From contig JBBTUJ010000005.1 in NCBI GenBank assembly GCA_038063815.1, positions 4,875-68,874 on the forward strand: a DNA stretch of 64,000 bases, given 5' to 3'. A model generated the notes under the pieces. The model did no database searches. It was given only the letters and a program-made list of their open reading frames with translations, and was not told the origin of the DNA. This stretch comes from Patescibacteria group bacterium. GTDB taxonomy: Bacteria > Patescibacteriota > Minisyncoccia > Phycocordibacterales > EsbW-18. Position 1 is the stretch's first letter. Every line of letters begins with the position of its first letter. The position numbers were made by a program, and so were the translations under genes. Positions 46,202 to 56,425 of the stretch are shown piece after piece.

Positions 46202-48943
46202 TTAGAGATGGTATTTTTCCCCAATTTCTCGCTCCACCTCAGCCCGAGGACGTCCATGGCGCTCAAATGATTCCCGGGCGAGTATTTCCGCGCGAGCACG
46301 ATCGAACTTCGGCGGTGATACCGTCTCAACATTAAAGGGACGTTCCGGGCGACCGTTTGAAAGAAGGCGCAAAAAGGCATTCCTGTTGTCGACGTTCATG
46401 AGATCAGATGCCGTGAACACCGGTGTGAATTGTTTCTCAAGGTACTCCGCGTCATCACTTCCGACACGGAACGCTGCAATTGAGCCCACGTTCCCAAAGA
46501 CCGCATCACGTATTTTTTCATCAAGTTGTTTGATGAACTGGTGAGCGACCGTCAGAGACAGGCGGTATTTCCGTGCCTCAGAGAGAATCGTTGCGATTGA
46601 ATCCGTCGTGACATTCTGAAACTCGTCGATGTAGAGGAAGAAGTCAGGCCGTTCTCCAGCTTCCGCATCAACACGCGAGAGTGATGCCATCAAAATCTTC
46701 CCGACAATGATGAGACCCAAAAGATTCGCATTGATGTCACCCAAGCGGCCCTTCGAGAGATTCACCAGAAGAATCTTCCGTTCGTCCATGATACGACGGA
46801 AGTCGAATGCGGACGTTTTTTGAACAACGATCGGACGCATGATGTCATTCGCGAGGAAGACATCGAATTTCGATGTTATGTAGGGCACAATGTTCGCGAG
46901 AGATGCTTCTCCTCCCGCTTTTTCCGCGACATCACGCCAGAATTGGACAATAATCGGGTTCTTGCAGCGAGAGAGCTTGAGCTCGCGATATGTTTTGTCA
47001 GACATCACACGCGACACGTCAAACAATGTGTTTCCTGTTTCTGGGTCCTCGATGACAAGCATCGTCGCATTCCGGAAATACTGCTCAAACATTGGGCCCA
47101 TCGATTCGGGAACTTTTCCGTAGAGTTTTTGGAAGATAGAAAAGAGCTCGTTCACCACGAACGTCTTCTGCTCCGGATGTGCTGGGTCATACTCGAGCAT
47201 ATTGAGCCCCATCGGACGGTCAACCTGCGAAGGGTCAAAATAAATGACATCATTTCGCCTCTCATCCGGCACGGCCGAGAGGATATCAAAAACGTCGTTC
47301 CCGTGCGGATCAATCATGCAAACCCCGTCGCCATTCGCGATATCTTGGACAATCATGTTCTTGAGTAACGTCGTCTTTCCTGTTCCCGTCTGACCAATCA
47401 CGTACAAGTGCCGCATGCGATCCTCCGGCGTAAAGAATATCTGTGTCTCTGCATTCCTGTATCGATTGATACCAAGCAAAACCCCCTCATGCGGAAGATC
47501 CACAGGGGCGGGCGCGCTTCCGGCCTTTGAACGCTTAAGCTCTCGGGACGATTCGACTCCCGTTGCAGGAAAGTGAAATACCGTTGCAAGTTCCCTGATG
47601 TTGAGAGGGAGTACGAGATCACTCTTGAAGTATCGATAGGTGAAGTCGCGAATGAACTCCTTAAGACCTCGCGAGGAGACACGTACAAATTTGAATTTAT
47701 TTCCCTTTCCCTCTTCAAACTGATTAAATGTTGCCTCCAGATCAGAAAGGATTACTTCACTTCGTGATTCACCACCCGAGGAAGCAAGGAGGCGGATATT
47801 CGTTTCAAGAACGGGGTGTGAAATTTTTTGTTTAATCGATTCAAGTGCAACGTCGTCAATGACTTTCTGCTCTTTTTCTTTTTCTTTCTCGTCCTTCTTT
47901 TTCGACACAAAAAACTCTTTGAACCCTTTGGCGATGTCTTTCACGACCGACTCGTCCGCAAGCGCCTTTTTGAGTTTCTCGCCTTTTTGGAGACGTGTGA
48001 TGACGCGTTTGTATTTCTCCGTATATGAATCGCCTGCGGGTTTGACGACGATTTGAAGCGCCGCCCCTTCTCCTACCCGTGAGAGTTTTGCAAAAGCGGA
48101 GAGTGTGATATTCAAAGGATCATAATCGAGTGTCTCAAATGTCTTCAGGGGAAAAGCGGCGGGGCGAAGAAGCGTTGCGAAGGAAGCCGCAACAGAACCG
48201 TCAGGAACAAAGACGTTGTAGTCGTTCTTTGTTTCAACAAGACGTGCCTGAGGAAAAATCGAGAGAAGTTGTTTTTCAAAGAGTTCTCGTTTTTCGACCG
48301 GTACCGCACAAAAAAGCGTTGCGTGCTCGTGACTCGCTTCTACGGCAAGTTCAAGCGTAAAGTATGCAGACCTCGAGGCCTGTGCCGCAACAGAAGAGAG
48401 TCCGGCGTAGAGTTGTTCCATTGACGAGAGAAGTTCTTTAAGCGGCCTTCGGTCTTCTTTCTCGCGCGCTCCAATAGGAAGAGAGACCTCGAAAAGCGTC
48501 ATGTGAAGCGCTTTCCACATCTCGGACTTTTGCGAAACACCATCTGCCGCGTAGCCCTCTTTCAGATATTCAGCAAGAAATCGGTGAAAATCGTCCGCAA
48601 GGTGTGGGTTGTCGAGTTTTGAGAGAACAGAGAGCGCGTTCCTGACACCTCTCTCGCGCATAATCGAGAGAAGTTCGCTTATCTGTTCATCGTGTTCCTC
48701 GGGCTGAAGATCAAGTACAATCGCGTCAATTTCGGGTTTAAGCATCGCATGACCTTTTTCAAGGACATGTTCCGGGTGGTGTTTTGTATATGCTGCAACA
48801 AGATTCTCGGCTGCCGCTTCGGGCCCGCTCGCTTCCGCAGATGTCATTCCTTTCTCAAGTTCCCGTAGACGCTCTCGCAAAAAAGTTGCCTCCTCGTCAG
48901 GTGTTTTGAATTTTGCTTCAGGCGTAACGCTGAATCGTTCCAT
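46202..48943 (-). CDS. VirD4/TraD/TrwB-like P-loop ATPase with about 480 aa unique N-terminal domain (paralog of 18387-20372)
   Basis: Walker A YVIGQTGTGKTTLL, MIDPHGN, Walker B FLYIDEFQ and ARKYRLSLTVAHQFIKQ. No TM segments. Confidence 0.6.
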   Translation of the reverse strand: MERFSVTPEAKFKTPDEEATFLRERLRELEKGMTSAEASGPEAAAENLVAAYTKHHPEHVLEKGHAMLKPEIDAIVLDLQPEEHDEQISELLSIMRERGVRNALSVLSKLDNPHLADDFHRFLAEYLKEGYAADGVSQKSEMWKALHMTLFEVSLPIGAREKEDRRPLKELLSSMEQLYAGLSSVAAQASRSAYFTLELAVEASHEHATLFCAVPVEKRELFEKQLLSIFPQARLVETKNDYNVFVPDGSVAASFATLLRPAAFPLKTFETLDYDPLNITLSAFAKLSRVGEGAALQIVVKPAGDSYTEKYKRVITRLQKGEKLKKALADESVVKDIAKGFKEFFVSKKKDEKEKEKEQKVIDDVALESIKQKISHPVLETNIRLLASSGGESRSEVILSDLEATFNQFEEGKGNKFKFVRVSSRGLKEFIRDFTYRYFKSDLVLPLNIRELATVFHFPATGVESSRELKRSKAGSAPAPVDLPHEGVLLGINRYRNAETQIFFTPEDRMRHLYVIGQTGTGKTTLLKNMIVQDIANGDGVCMIDPHGNDVFDILSAVPDERRNDVIYFDPSQVDRPMGLNMLEYDPAHPEQKTFVVNELFSIFQKLYGKVPESMGPMFEQYFRNATMLVIEDPETGNTLFDVSRVMSDKTYRELKLSRCKNPIIVQFWRDVAEKAGGEASLANIVPYITSKFDVFLANDIMRPIVVQKTSAFDFRRIMDERKILLVNLSKGRLGDINANLLGLIIVGKILMASLSRVDAEAGERPDFFLYIDEFQNVTTDSIATILSEARKYRLSLTVAHQFIKQLDEKIRDAVFGNVGSIAAFRVGSDDAEYLEKQFTPVFTASDLMNVDNRNAFLRLLSNGRPERPFNVETVSPPKFDRARAEILARESFERHGRPRAEVEREIGEKYHL

Positions 48944-49007
48944 GTGCCCTTATTCTATCATTCCTTCGAATGATAGCTGCCTCTTTTTTAAATGAAGCGC
49001 GTGAGAC

Positions 49008-49226
49008 CTACTCTTCTGCGAGCGCCTTTTTGAACGCGAGGAGGTCCTTTTGGGCTTCCAACTTGTTCTCCATTCCTTCCGCAAAAGCGGCCATTACTAT
49101 TTTTTTCTGCATATCCTCAGGAAAAGAGGAGAAGTGTTCTCGTAGAAACATCTTCGCTTTTTCTTCGTCTCCTTCGCGGAGGATCTTTCTAAAATCCTCA
49201 AATAACTTTGTTGTATCAGGGTTCAT
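49008..49226 (-). CDS. hypothetical small helical protein
   Basis: 72 aa ORF between the 990 aa protein and the ATPase, with a tight spacing of 19 nt. Confidence 0.35.
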   Translation of the reverse strand: MNPDTTKLFEDFRKILREGDEEKAKMFLREHFSSFPEDMQKKIVMAAFAEGMENKLEAQKDLLAFKKALAEE

Positions 49227-49245
49227 GATTGTTGGAGAAATTATC

Positions 49246-52218
49246 CTACTTTAAGTTTTTTGGACCAAAAAAGTCTTTGCACAAGAGGCCGATGATAGAA
49301 GCCCAGAATCCTCCTGTTTGAGGAAAATTGTGCTTTTTCTTGTAGTCCGCCTCAAACGCAGACCGTGCCGTATTTCGTTGCTTACCAGCAGGCATTTTGT
49401 CCCATTTGACTGATTTTTTGTATGTCTCCCATTCCTCCTGAACACCCTCTTCGTCGGGAACAGCGTCGGAGAGCTCCGCGAGAGATACTCTTTTTACTTT
49501 CTCACCGCCAACAACCTTCTCTTTATAGAGCGCTGTCGTGAGCGCTTCGCGCATACGTGGGTCATCAGAGACAAGCGTCGCGATGAATGATCCATTCTCT
49601 TGCATGATACGCGCTCGCTCAGTTCGCAGTCCTTCAAACGTGTCGGCGTGTGCGGATGTCGCTTCCGCCGCACTACGTCTTCCAAAAAGCGTTACGGTTT
49701 TTTTAAACCATCCCATTTCCGAAGAAAATGCTGTACGAAGGGCTTTCTCTCGCTCAGCAGGATCGGTATTGCCCATTGCTTCTACAACGGCGGCAGGTGA
49801 CGAGAGGCCATATTTCGCACACATTTTTTGTATGGACTCATTTACGGGCGCAGCACTTTCCTCAATCTGGACAAGCTCATCATGCCTGCTCGCAAGCTCC
49901 TGAAACTCGTCCGGAGATGCAATCGCCTTATCAATGACTCCTGCTCGTATAATCTTTCGAAGCGCGGGGAGGCCAACAACAGATCGCAAATCTTCAAGCT
50001 CTTCGGAGTATAGTGCGAGTTCAGTAATCTCATCGTCGCTCAGTGCTTCGTTCAGTTTTTCTCCGCTTTCTTTTCGCTGAAGATACTCCTCTCGGTGTTG
50101 TGCGAGCTGTGTCATGTCATCTGGTTCGAGAGTGCGTGAAAGCATCCTTTCACCAAGTGCCGCCACCTCAGGATCTCCAAATGAGTCGAGCATCTGACCA
50201 AATTGTTCCGCCTCTTTTGCAAGGATATCGGCAAGGGTCGGCCTTGCGTCAACCTCTTCACGACGTGCGCTTCCTGCATCTTTCTGTTCTGCATACATTC
50301 TAAATGGATTTTCTGGACTCATGGGGTGTGTATTTTTAATAGTATATGAATTCGTATCTAGTGTACCTCGATGCCTAGGCGTGTCAATTCTGCCGGCAGC
50401 ACTAAGAGGTGTGCCCACCGATGGATTTCGTTTCCGTGTTGTTCGTTCTGTTTTTTTGGGCACTTCCGGTGGTTCTTCTGGAACAGTTTCGCTCGTCATC
50501 ACAACTGGTGGCGTGGTTGGTGCTGTTTCTGTCGAAACGATAGGCGGAGGAACCTCTCGTGTTGGCAGAACCGAATTATTTTCAGGTAACCCTGTGGTTG
50601 GTTGGTGTGGAGGTGTTTCCGATAAAGGGGTGACTTTTTTTGCTTCACCTCTTTGTGGCGCCTGTGATGGTGTTTTTGTTGATTCCGTATCAATAACGGG
50701 TACCTCCACAATGACAGTCCTTGATTTCTTTTCTCCCTTGAAAGAAATCTCGAGATTCCCGTTTTTAATTGTCACGTCATCAATTTGTTCTGGGTATTTT
50801 CCTTGAAGATGCTGTCGGATTTTTGGAATTAAAGATGGAAGGGCTGACTCAAGGGCCGGCTTAATAACAGCTCTTTTAAGAAAAGATGCGTCAATATCAT
50901 AACCCGCTACCGACAGCCCACGCCCACCACCCTGAATCCTCGCGGAAAGACCGAATGCGCCCGCAAGATTGTGTCGTAGCTTTGCCGTCAGGTCTATCGT
51001 ATTACTGTGTCCATTCACCAAAAGGGTGTCCACCGTGGCAAGTCCGCTTAGTAATGACTTAATTTCTAATTGTATCTCACTCGGCGTGAGTACAGCGTTT
51101 TCCCTTTTTACCATTTCCTCAACGACCCTCTCGACTTTTTGCGTCAGTGGCGTGGTTGGTGCTGTTTCTTTTTTACGAACCCGCGGTTGTTTTTGTGGAG
51201 CTTCCAGACCAATGACGGGCTTCGGGGTCTCAGTGCTTGGCGGTTGAACATTTTTGTTCTGAAATCGTTTAGCCCGCGACTCAACAGTCGCCGCGTCAGT
51301 AACCAATGACTCCATCCCAGAACGAACCCGTATGCTTTGCGCATCAAGAGATTCCTTACCTCCCGATTGCACCATAGCAACAGGCGAGACGGGCATCATT
51401 TCAACAATCCTTCGTAACTTTGCGGCGGACTCTCTTCTTTGCTCCACGGTGCTTTGGTCATCTGCAAAAACACGTGCAAGTTCTGGAATACTCCGTATGT
51501 ACCCGCGTATTTCAGCTCGTGCCTTTTTGGTACGCGTTGTATCCATCTCAAGTTTTTCGAGCATGTTGAGAGCATACCTCTCCGCAACAGATGGGTCAGC
51601 GATAATCGCATCGGTCTCGTATTTAAAATGGTGGGCAAGGTCTATTAACCTCTGCTTCTCCCTCCTTTCGGCGTTATCACGAACAGGGTGTTTCTGCGAA
51701 GAATTCGCCTTCTTGCTTTCTCCTCGTGTTTCTTGTTCAGATTTTTCTTTTTTACGAGGTTTTTCTGCAGGCCTTTCGGGAAGTGTGGGTGGTGGAAGTG
51801 CCACATCTTCCCTTCCGCCCGGTCTTCGGCGCTGGCTTTCTCTTCGTTCACTATCACGCGTACTCCTCTTGCGCGATGTTCTTTGACGATCAATCGACGC
51901 AGGCGCATCGCTTCCATACACTTCAAGTTCACTTTCGACGAGGGGTTCAGTGGGTTTTTCTTGCCTACTCTTTTCAACATGACGCACTGCCTCCAAGAGT
52001 GCTTCGGTAAACGTTGTCTGTTCGGACGTGAGCGTTGGCTGTTCTACCTCGACCGCTTGGGCAGCATCGATCGCATCTCTGAGATCTTGTTGTTGTTCGA
52101 GCGAAAGCGGCTTCACGTCAGCGTCAACTCCTTCCAAAGGTGTTTCTGCGCGATGCTCACTATCGTCCCCTCCCGGAACGTTTGGTGGTGGAAATTGATT
52201 AACATCTTCAGGACTCAT
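49246..52218 (-). CDS. large hypothetical protein (990 aa), largely charged/low-complexity with Pro/Thr-rich linkers
   Basis: A long uninterrupted ORF that starts 8 nt after the map stop. No TM helices and no recognisable domain. Confidence 0.55.
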   Translation of the reverse strand: MSPEDVNQFPPPNVPGGDDSEHRAETPLEGVDADVKPLSLEQQQDLRDAIDAAQAVEVEQPTLTSEQTTFTEALLEAVRHVEKSRQEKPTEPLVESELEVYGSDAPASIDRQRTSRKRSTRDSERRESQRRRPGGREDVALPPPTLPERPAEKPRKKEKSEQETRGESKKANSSQKHPVRDNAERREKQRLIDLAHHFKYETDAIIADPSVAERYALNMLEKLEMDTTRTKKARAEIRGYIRSIPELARVFADDQSTVEQRRESAAKLRRIVEMMPVSPVAMVQSGGKESLDAQSIRVRSGMESLVTDAATVESRAKRFQNKNVQPPSTETPKPVIGLEAPQKQPRVRKKETAPTTPLTQKVERVVEEMVKRENAVLTPSEIQLEIKSLLSGLATVDTLLVNGHSNTIDLTAKLRHNLAGAFGLSARIQGGGRGLSVAGYDIDASFLKRAVIKPALESALPSLIPKIRQHLQGKYPEQIDDVTIKNGNLEISFKGEKKSRTVIVEVPVIDTESTKTPSQAPQRGEAKKVTPLSETPPHQPTTGLPENNSVLPTREVPPPIVSTETAPTTPPVVMTSETVPEEPPEVPKKTERTTRKRNPSVGTPLSAAGRIDTPRHRGTLDTNSYTIKNTHPMSPENPFRMYAEQKDAGSARREEVDARPTLADILAKEAEQFGQMLDSFGDPEVAALGERMLSRTLEPDDMTQLAQHREEYLQRKESGEKLNEALSDDEITELALYSEELEDLRSVVGLPALRKIIRAGVIDKAIASPDEFQELASRHDELVQIEESAAPVNESIQKMCAKYGLSSPAAVVEAMGNTDPAEREKALRTAFSSEMGWFKKTVTLFGRRSAAEATSAHADTFEGLRTERARIMQENGSFIATLVSDDPRMREALTTALYKEKVVGGEKVKRVSLAELSDAVPDEEGVQEEWETYKKSVKWDKMPAGKQRNTARSAFEADYKKKHNFPQTGGFWASIIGLLCKDFFGPKNLK

Positions 52219-52226
52219 ACAAAAAA

Positions 52227-53027
52227 TTATACACCCTCTGTCAAAATCTCGGGGGCACCGCTCGTGATAAGAATCGTGTGCTCGAACTGGGCTGTGCGAG
52301 AGCCGTCTTTCGTACGATACGTGTATCCGTCGTCCGCAAGAACTATTTCTGTTCCGCCTTCGGAAACAGTTGGTTCGATTGTAATGACCATTCCAGGAAT
52401 GAGTTCAGCTCCTGTTCCCTTTCTCCCGAAGTGAAAAATATGCGGTGCCTCGTGTACGCTATGTCCAACACCATGTCCTCCCAAATCAGGCACAACGGAG
52501 AATTCCGTACCCTTGAGGGATGATTCAATCGCTTCCCCGATATCTCCGAGGTGTGCACCGCCACGCGCCGCGGCAATACCTGCATCACGCGCTTTTTCCG
52601 CCTCTGCAATAAGCCGAGTCCCCCGTTCATCAAGAGCGCCAACGGAAATGGTCACGCACATGTCTGTTATAAGACCCTTGTGTGTCAAACCGGTATCAAG
52701 CGAAACAATATCTCCTTCCTTGATGACCTCGGTATGTTCTTCGGGAACCCCGTGAACCGCTTCGTCGTTTACTGACACGCAGAGAGTTGCGGGATACGGA
52801 TGTTTTGCGCCCGCCGGTTTGTAATTCAAAAATGCTGGGACGTCGCCACCTTCGGTGATAAGACGATGCGCGAGAACATCTAATTCACGCGGATGAACTC
52901 CGGGCGCGACTGCATCCTCGATTTTTCGCACAACAGCCGCCAAACGTCGCCCCCCTTCACGGAGAATCTCAATCTCTTCTGGTGTTTTTATCTTACTCAT
53001 GGAGAGTCGAAGGAAACAATTCTTCAA
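52227..53027 (-). CDS. map: type I methionyl aminopeptidase
   Basis: HGVGHSVHEAPHIFHFG...GMVITIEP, the metal-ligand pattern. Confidence 0.9.
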   Translation of the reverse strand: MKNCFLRLSMSKIKTPEEIEILREGGRRLAAVVRKIEDAVAPGVHPRELDVLAHRLITEGGDVPAFLNYKPAGAKHPYPATLCVSVNDEAVHGVPEEHTEVIKEGDIVSLDTGLTHKGLITDMCVTISVGALDERGTRLIAEAEKARDAGIAAARGGAHLGDIGEAIESSLKGTEFSVVPDLGGHGVGHSVHEAPHIFHFGRKGTGAELIPGMVITIEPTVSEGGTEIVLADDGYTYRTKDGSRTAQFEHTILITSGAPEILTEGV

Positions 53028-53631
53028 ATTTCTTCATGATTTCTTCGTGGATCTTCTCGATCGAACCTTCACCATTAATCTGTACGAGATGTCCCTTGTC
53101 GTTGAAAAACTCAAGTGACTTCTCCGTATGTTTTTTGTATTCTTCCATCCGTTCCAAAAGCGTCTCGTCCGTATCATCTGTCCTATTCTCCTTGCCCGCT
53201 CTCTTTTCGATACGATCTTTCATCTCTCCATCGCTTACCTCCAGTGAAAACACCTTATACGGACGCTCAATCCACTCAAGAACGCCGTGGAATAATTCGG
53301 CTTCTTTTAACTGGCGCACAGCACCATCGATGATGAGACCTTGCGACAGAGGGTGAGAGAATATCTCGTCGAGCCACAAATGCATGATGAGCCATGCCGG
53401 AAGCAGGTGGCCGTGATCCATTATCTTCAAAATCTTTTCGCCGACGTGTTTATTCTCCGCAGCAAAAGACCGAAGTCCGCCGCTTGTTTTAAAAAGAGAA
53501 AAACCCGTTTTTTTAGAAAACATCTCTGCCTGAGTTCCCTTTCCTGACCCGGGTTTCCCCAAAAAGACGATTATAGGTGCGTTCATAACAAAGAGTATAC
53601 CCGAGCACGCTTTAAAAAGCATGAGATGCAA
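52993..53631 (-). CDS. adk: adenylate kinase
   Basis: IVFLGKPGSGKGTQAEMF and the LID region. Confidence 0.9.
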   Translation of the reverse strand: MHLMLFKACSGILFVMNAPIIVFLGKPGSGKGTQAEMFSKKTGFSLFKTSGGLRSFAAENKHVGEKILKIMDHGHLLPAWLIMHLWLDEIFSHPLSQGLIIDGAVRQLKEAELFHGVLEWIERPYKVFSLEVSDGEMKDRIEKRAGKENRTDDTDETLLERMEEYKKHTEKSLEFFNDKGHLVQINGEGSIEKIHEEIMKKFEELFPSTLHE

Positions 53632-53685
53632 GGCGCGAGTGAGGACCGGAACGAGTAACGCAGCAGATCGGCTTTTTAAGGCGCG

Positions 53686-54957
53686 CTAATACTCGCGAAG
53701 AGAGAGTTGTGCATCCACTTTCTTGATGAGATCAATCACAACCGAGACAACGATGAGGAGTCCCGTACCACCAATCGCAAGGGACGTGATACCGGTCACC
53801 GACTGCATGATGAGAGGAAGGACGGCAATGATACCGAGGAAGAGGGCACCGAACATCGTAAGACGGGTCAGGATTGAAGCGATATATGCGGATGTTGATT
53901 GCCCCGGACGAACACCTGGAATGAAGGCACCGCCGCGCTGAAGGTTCTTTGAGATCGCATCCGGGTCAAACGTGACCGCGGTGTAGAAGTATGTGAAAAG
54001 AAAGACGAGAGCAAAATATGCGATCCCGTATACCCACCCATTCGTCACCAATGACAAGAGAAATACAGATGCCTTCTGTGCGATGGGGTTGCTTGCCGCC
54101 GCAAGAAAATTACCGATCATCTGCGGGAAGAGAAGGATCGAGAGCGCGAAAATGATTGGCATCACGCCCGCCTGGTTCAAACGAAGCGGAAGGTATGTCG
54201 AAACGCCACCGTACACCTTGTTGCCGCGGATTTGTCGTGCATACGTGATCGGAATTGGACGCTCGGATTCGGTAATGATGACAACACCCAAGACAACAAG
54301 AAGCGAGATGACGAGAAAAATAATATAGAGAGGGATCTGCTCAGGTGTGAATGTGAATTTGAGCTGTTGAAGTGTCGACGGCAAGCCAGCAACGATACCT
54401 GCAAAGATGATGACTGAAACGCCGTTCCCGAATCCGAATTCCGAAATAAGTTCTCCGATCCATGTCAAAAGGAATGACCCCGCGACGATAACCGTAATGT
54501 TTGTGATGAGATCAAATGAGGAGAGTTCAGGAATGATGCCGTTTTTCTGGAAGAGAACGATGAATCCAAATGCCTGAAGCGCTGCCAAAGGAAGCGTCAA
54601 AAGACGTGAGTACTGCGAGATCTTTTTGCGTCCCGCCTCTCCTTCTTCGTGGTACATCGCCTTCAGTTTCGGCGAAAGAATCGTCAAAAGTTGCATGATG
54701 ATCGATGCGGTGATGTACGGTCCAACACCGAGCATGATGATCGAGAGTCCCGAGAGTCCACCTCCAGAAAAGAGGTTAAGCAACCCGAAGAATTGGTTCG
54801 AGCCAAAGAATTGGTCAAGTGCAAGCGTGTTAATGCCAGGAACAGGAATCGCGGAGAGAACACGCATGATGAAAAGTGCTCCGAGAATAAAAAGAACACG
54901 CCGACGCAATTGCGGATCCGCGAAGAGCATCTTTAGTTTTTGTGTGAACTCGTTCAT
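53686..54957 (-). CDS. secY: preprotein translocase subunit SecY
   Basis: 423 aa, 10 TM helices, with a SecY pattern throughout. Confidence 0.9.
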   Translation of the reverse strand: MNEFTQKLKMLFADPQLRRRVLFILGALFIMRVLSAIPVPGINTLALDQFFGSNQFFGLLNLFSGGGLSGLSIIMLGVGPYITASIIMQLLTILSPKLKAMYHEEGEAGRKKISQYSRLLTLPLAALQAFGFIVLFQKNGIIPELSSFDLITNITVIVAGSFLLTWIGELISEFGFGNGVSVIIFAGIVAGLPSTLQQLKFTFTPEQIPLYIIFLVISLLVVLGVVIITESERPIPITYARQIRGNKVYGGVSTYLPLRLNQAGVMPIIFALSILLFPQMIGNFLAAASNPIAQKASVFLLSLVTNGWVYGIAYFALVFLFTYFYTAVTFDPDAISKNLQRGGAFIPGVRPGQSTSAYIASILTRLTMFGALFLGIIAVLPLIMQSVTGITSLAIGGTGLLIVVSVVIDLIKKVDAQLSLREY

Positions 54958-54961
54958 AGGT

Positions 54962-55390
54962 TTACTCTACCACTTTCTTCACGCTTGCAGACATCGTCAC
55001 GTTCTCAAACGAGAGTTTCTTCGAAAGCGTTCCCCCTCCCAATATCTTGACCTGGGGCGGGATACCCCGTCGCATCTTGATGATGCCCTTTTCTGCGAGT
55101 GTTTTTGGAGAAACGGTCTCTCCTGCGGCAAATGCCTTTTCGATTGCGCCTATTGAAACAACGACTGGGCGAATAGTGCCATCATTGATGCTGTCTGCAC
55201 GATGCTTACCATATCCACGGCGTTTCGGGAGCTTCTTGATGATGTCACGCGATTCCGGTCGCATGCGGTGTCCCGCGCGCGCTTTTTGTCCCTTGTGACC
55301 TTTGCCGGATGTTTTACCACGCTTTCCTCCGCGTCCGACACGCTTTTTGAATGTGCGAGGTGTTGTTGGTTTTAATGTGTGAAGTTGCAT
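54962..55390 (-). CDS. rplO: 50S ribosomal protein L15
   Basis: RVGRGGKRGKTSGKGHKGQKARAG... Confidence 0.9.
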   Translation of the reverse strand: MQLHTLKPTTPRTFKKRVGRGGKRGKTSGKGHKGQKARAGHRMRPESRDIIKKLPKRRGYGKHRADSINDGTIRPVVVSIGAIEKAFAAGETVSPKTLAEKGIIKMRRGIPPQVKILGGGTLSKKLSFENVTMSASVKKVVE

Positions 55391-55408
55391 ATGGAAAGTT
55401 ACAATTCG

Positions 55409-56065
55409 TTATACGCTATTTTTTGTTCGAGAAACACGTCGAGAGTGTTGCAAAAGTTGCTGGAGTGCCTTCAGAGCCGCTTGTGCGTTGTTGAGTTTAT
55501 TCTTCGACGGTGAAAGGATTTTTGCACCAATGTCACGCAACCCTCCCAACTCAAGAACGTCACGCACTGCTCCTCCTGCAACAATACCTCGTCCTGGTGC
55601 TGGGTAAATAAGAACCGAACCACTTGAGTATTTCGCACGAACTTCGTGTGGAATCGAGTTTGTCTTCGTAAGAGGAATCTGGATCTTGTGTTTGACCGCG
55701 TTTCGGTATGCTTTATCAACCGCAAGGGCCGTGTCGCCCGCCTTGCCTGTACCAACACCAACCACTCCACGGCGGTTTCCCGCGACGAGAGTGACACTGA
55801 AACTGAAGCGGCGTCCTCCGGCAACAACACGCGTCACACGGCGGATACCAAGGATACGCTGATCAAATTCCGCTTTGACGCGCTCCGGTCGGCCGCGTCC
55901 ACGAGAACGGCGCGGGTTTTTTGAAAATTCTTTTCCTCCGCGTCCGCCCCCATCGCGTGAGTGGTCTCCACCGACCGCAGTCGTTGGTCTTGCTTCTTGC
56001 GGCGCTGAAACAGGAGCAGGTGTTGGTGCTGGAGTTACAGGGTCTGTGTGTGGTGTGTCATTCAT
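55409..56065 (-). CDS. rpsE: 30S ribosomal protein S5 with low-complexity N-terminal extension
   Basis: RVTRVVAGGRRFSFSVTLVAGNRRGVVGVGTGKAGD... The start is taken at MNDTPH (56065), which avoids overlap with L18. Confidence 0.85.
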   Translation of the reverse strand: MNDTPHTDPVTPAPTPAPVSAPQEARPTTAVGGDHSRDGGGRGGKEFSKNPRRSRGRGRPERVKAEFDQRILGIRRVTRVVAGGRRFSFSVTLVAGNRRGVVGVGTGKAGDTALAVDKAYRNAVKHKIQIPLTKTNSIPHEVRAKYSSGSVLIYPAPGRGIVAGGAVRDVLELGGLRDIGAKILSPSKNKLNNAQAALKALQQLLQHSRRVSRTKNSV

Positions 56066-56069
56066 ATAA

Positions 56070-56417
56070 TTAAAATACAAGTCCTTCTGCACGAGCTGAA
56101 TCAGCAAGACGTTTCACAAGTCCTCCGTATGAAAATCCTCCACGATCGAACACGACCGTTGTGATCTTCTTCTCTTTTCCCGCAAGAGCAATCGCTTTCC
56201 CAACCTTCTCCGCCTTCTCGGTCATCTTTCCTTTCATGCCTTTTGATGATGCCGCGGCAACAGTGATACCTTTCGTATCGTCGATCATCTGTGCGTACAC
56301 CTCTTTGTTGGAACGAAATACCGAGAGACGTGGACGCGCTTCGGTGCCCGAAATCTTCGCGCGGATGCGTGCTTGTCGTCGTACTCTCTTTTCTTTTTTT
56401 GTTTGAACGATCGTCAT
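56070..56417 (-). CDS. rplR: 50S ribosomal protein L18
   Basis: RRQARIRAKISGTEARPRLSVFRSNKEVYAQMIDD... Confidence 0.9.
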   Translation of the reverse strand: MTIVQTKKEKRVRRQARIRAKISGTEARPRLSVFRSNKEVYAQMIDDTKGITVAAASSKGMKGKMTEKAEKVGKAIALAGKEKKITTVVFDRGGFSYGGLVKRLADSARAEGLVF

Positions 56418-56425
56418 ATGGTTCG

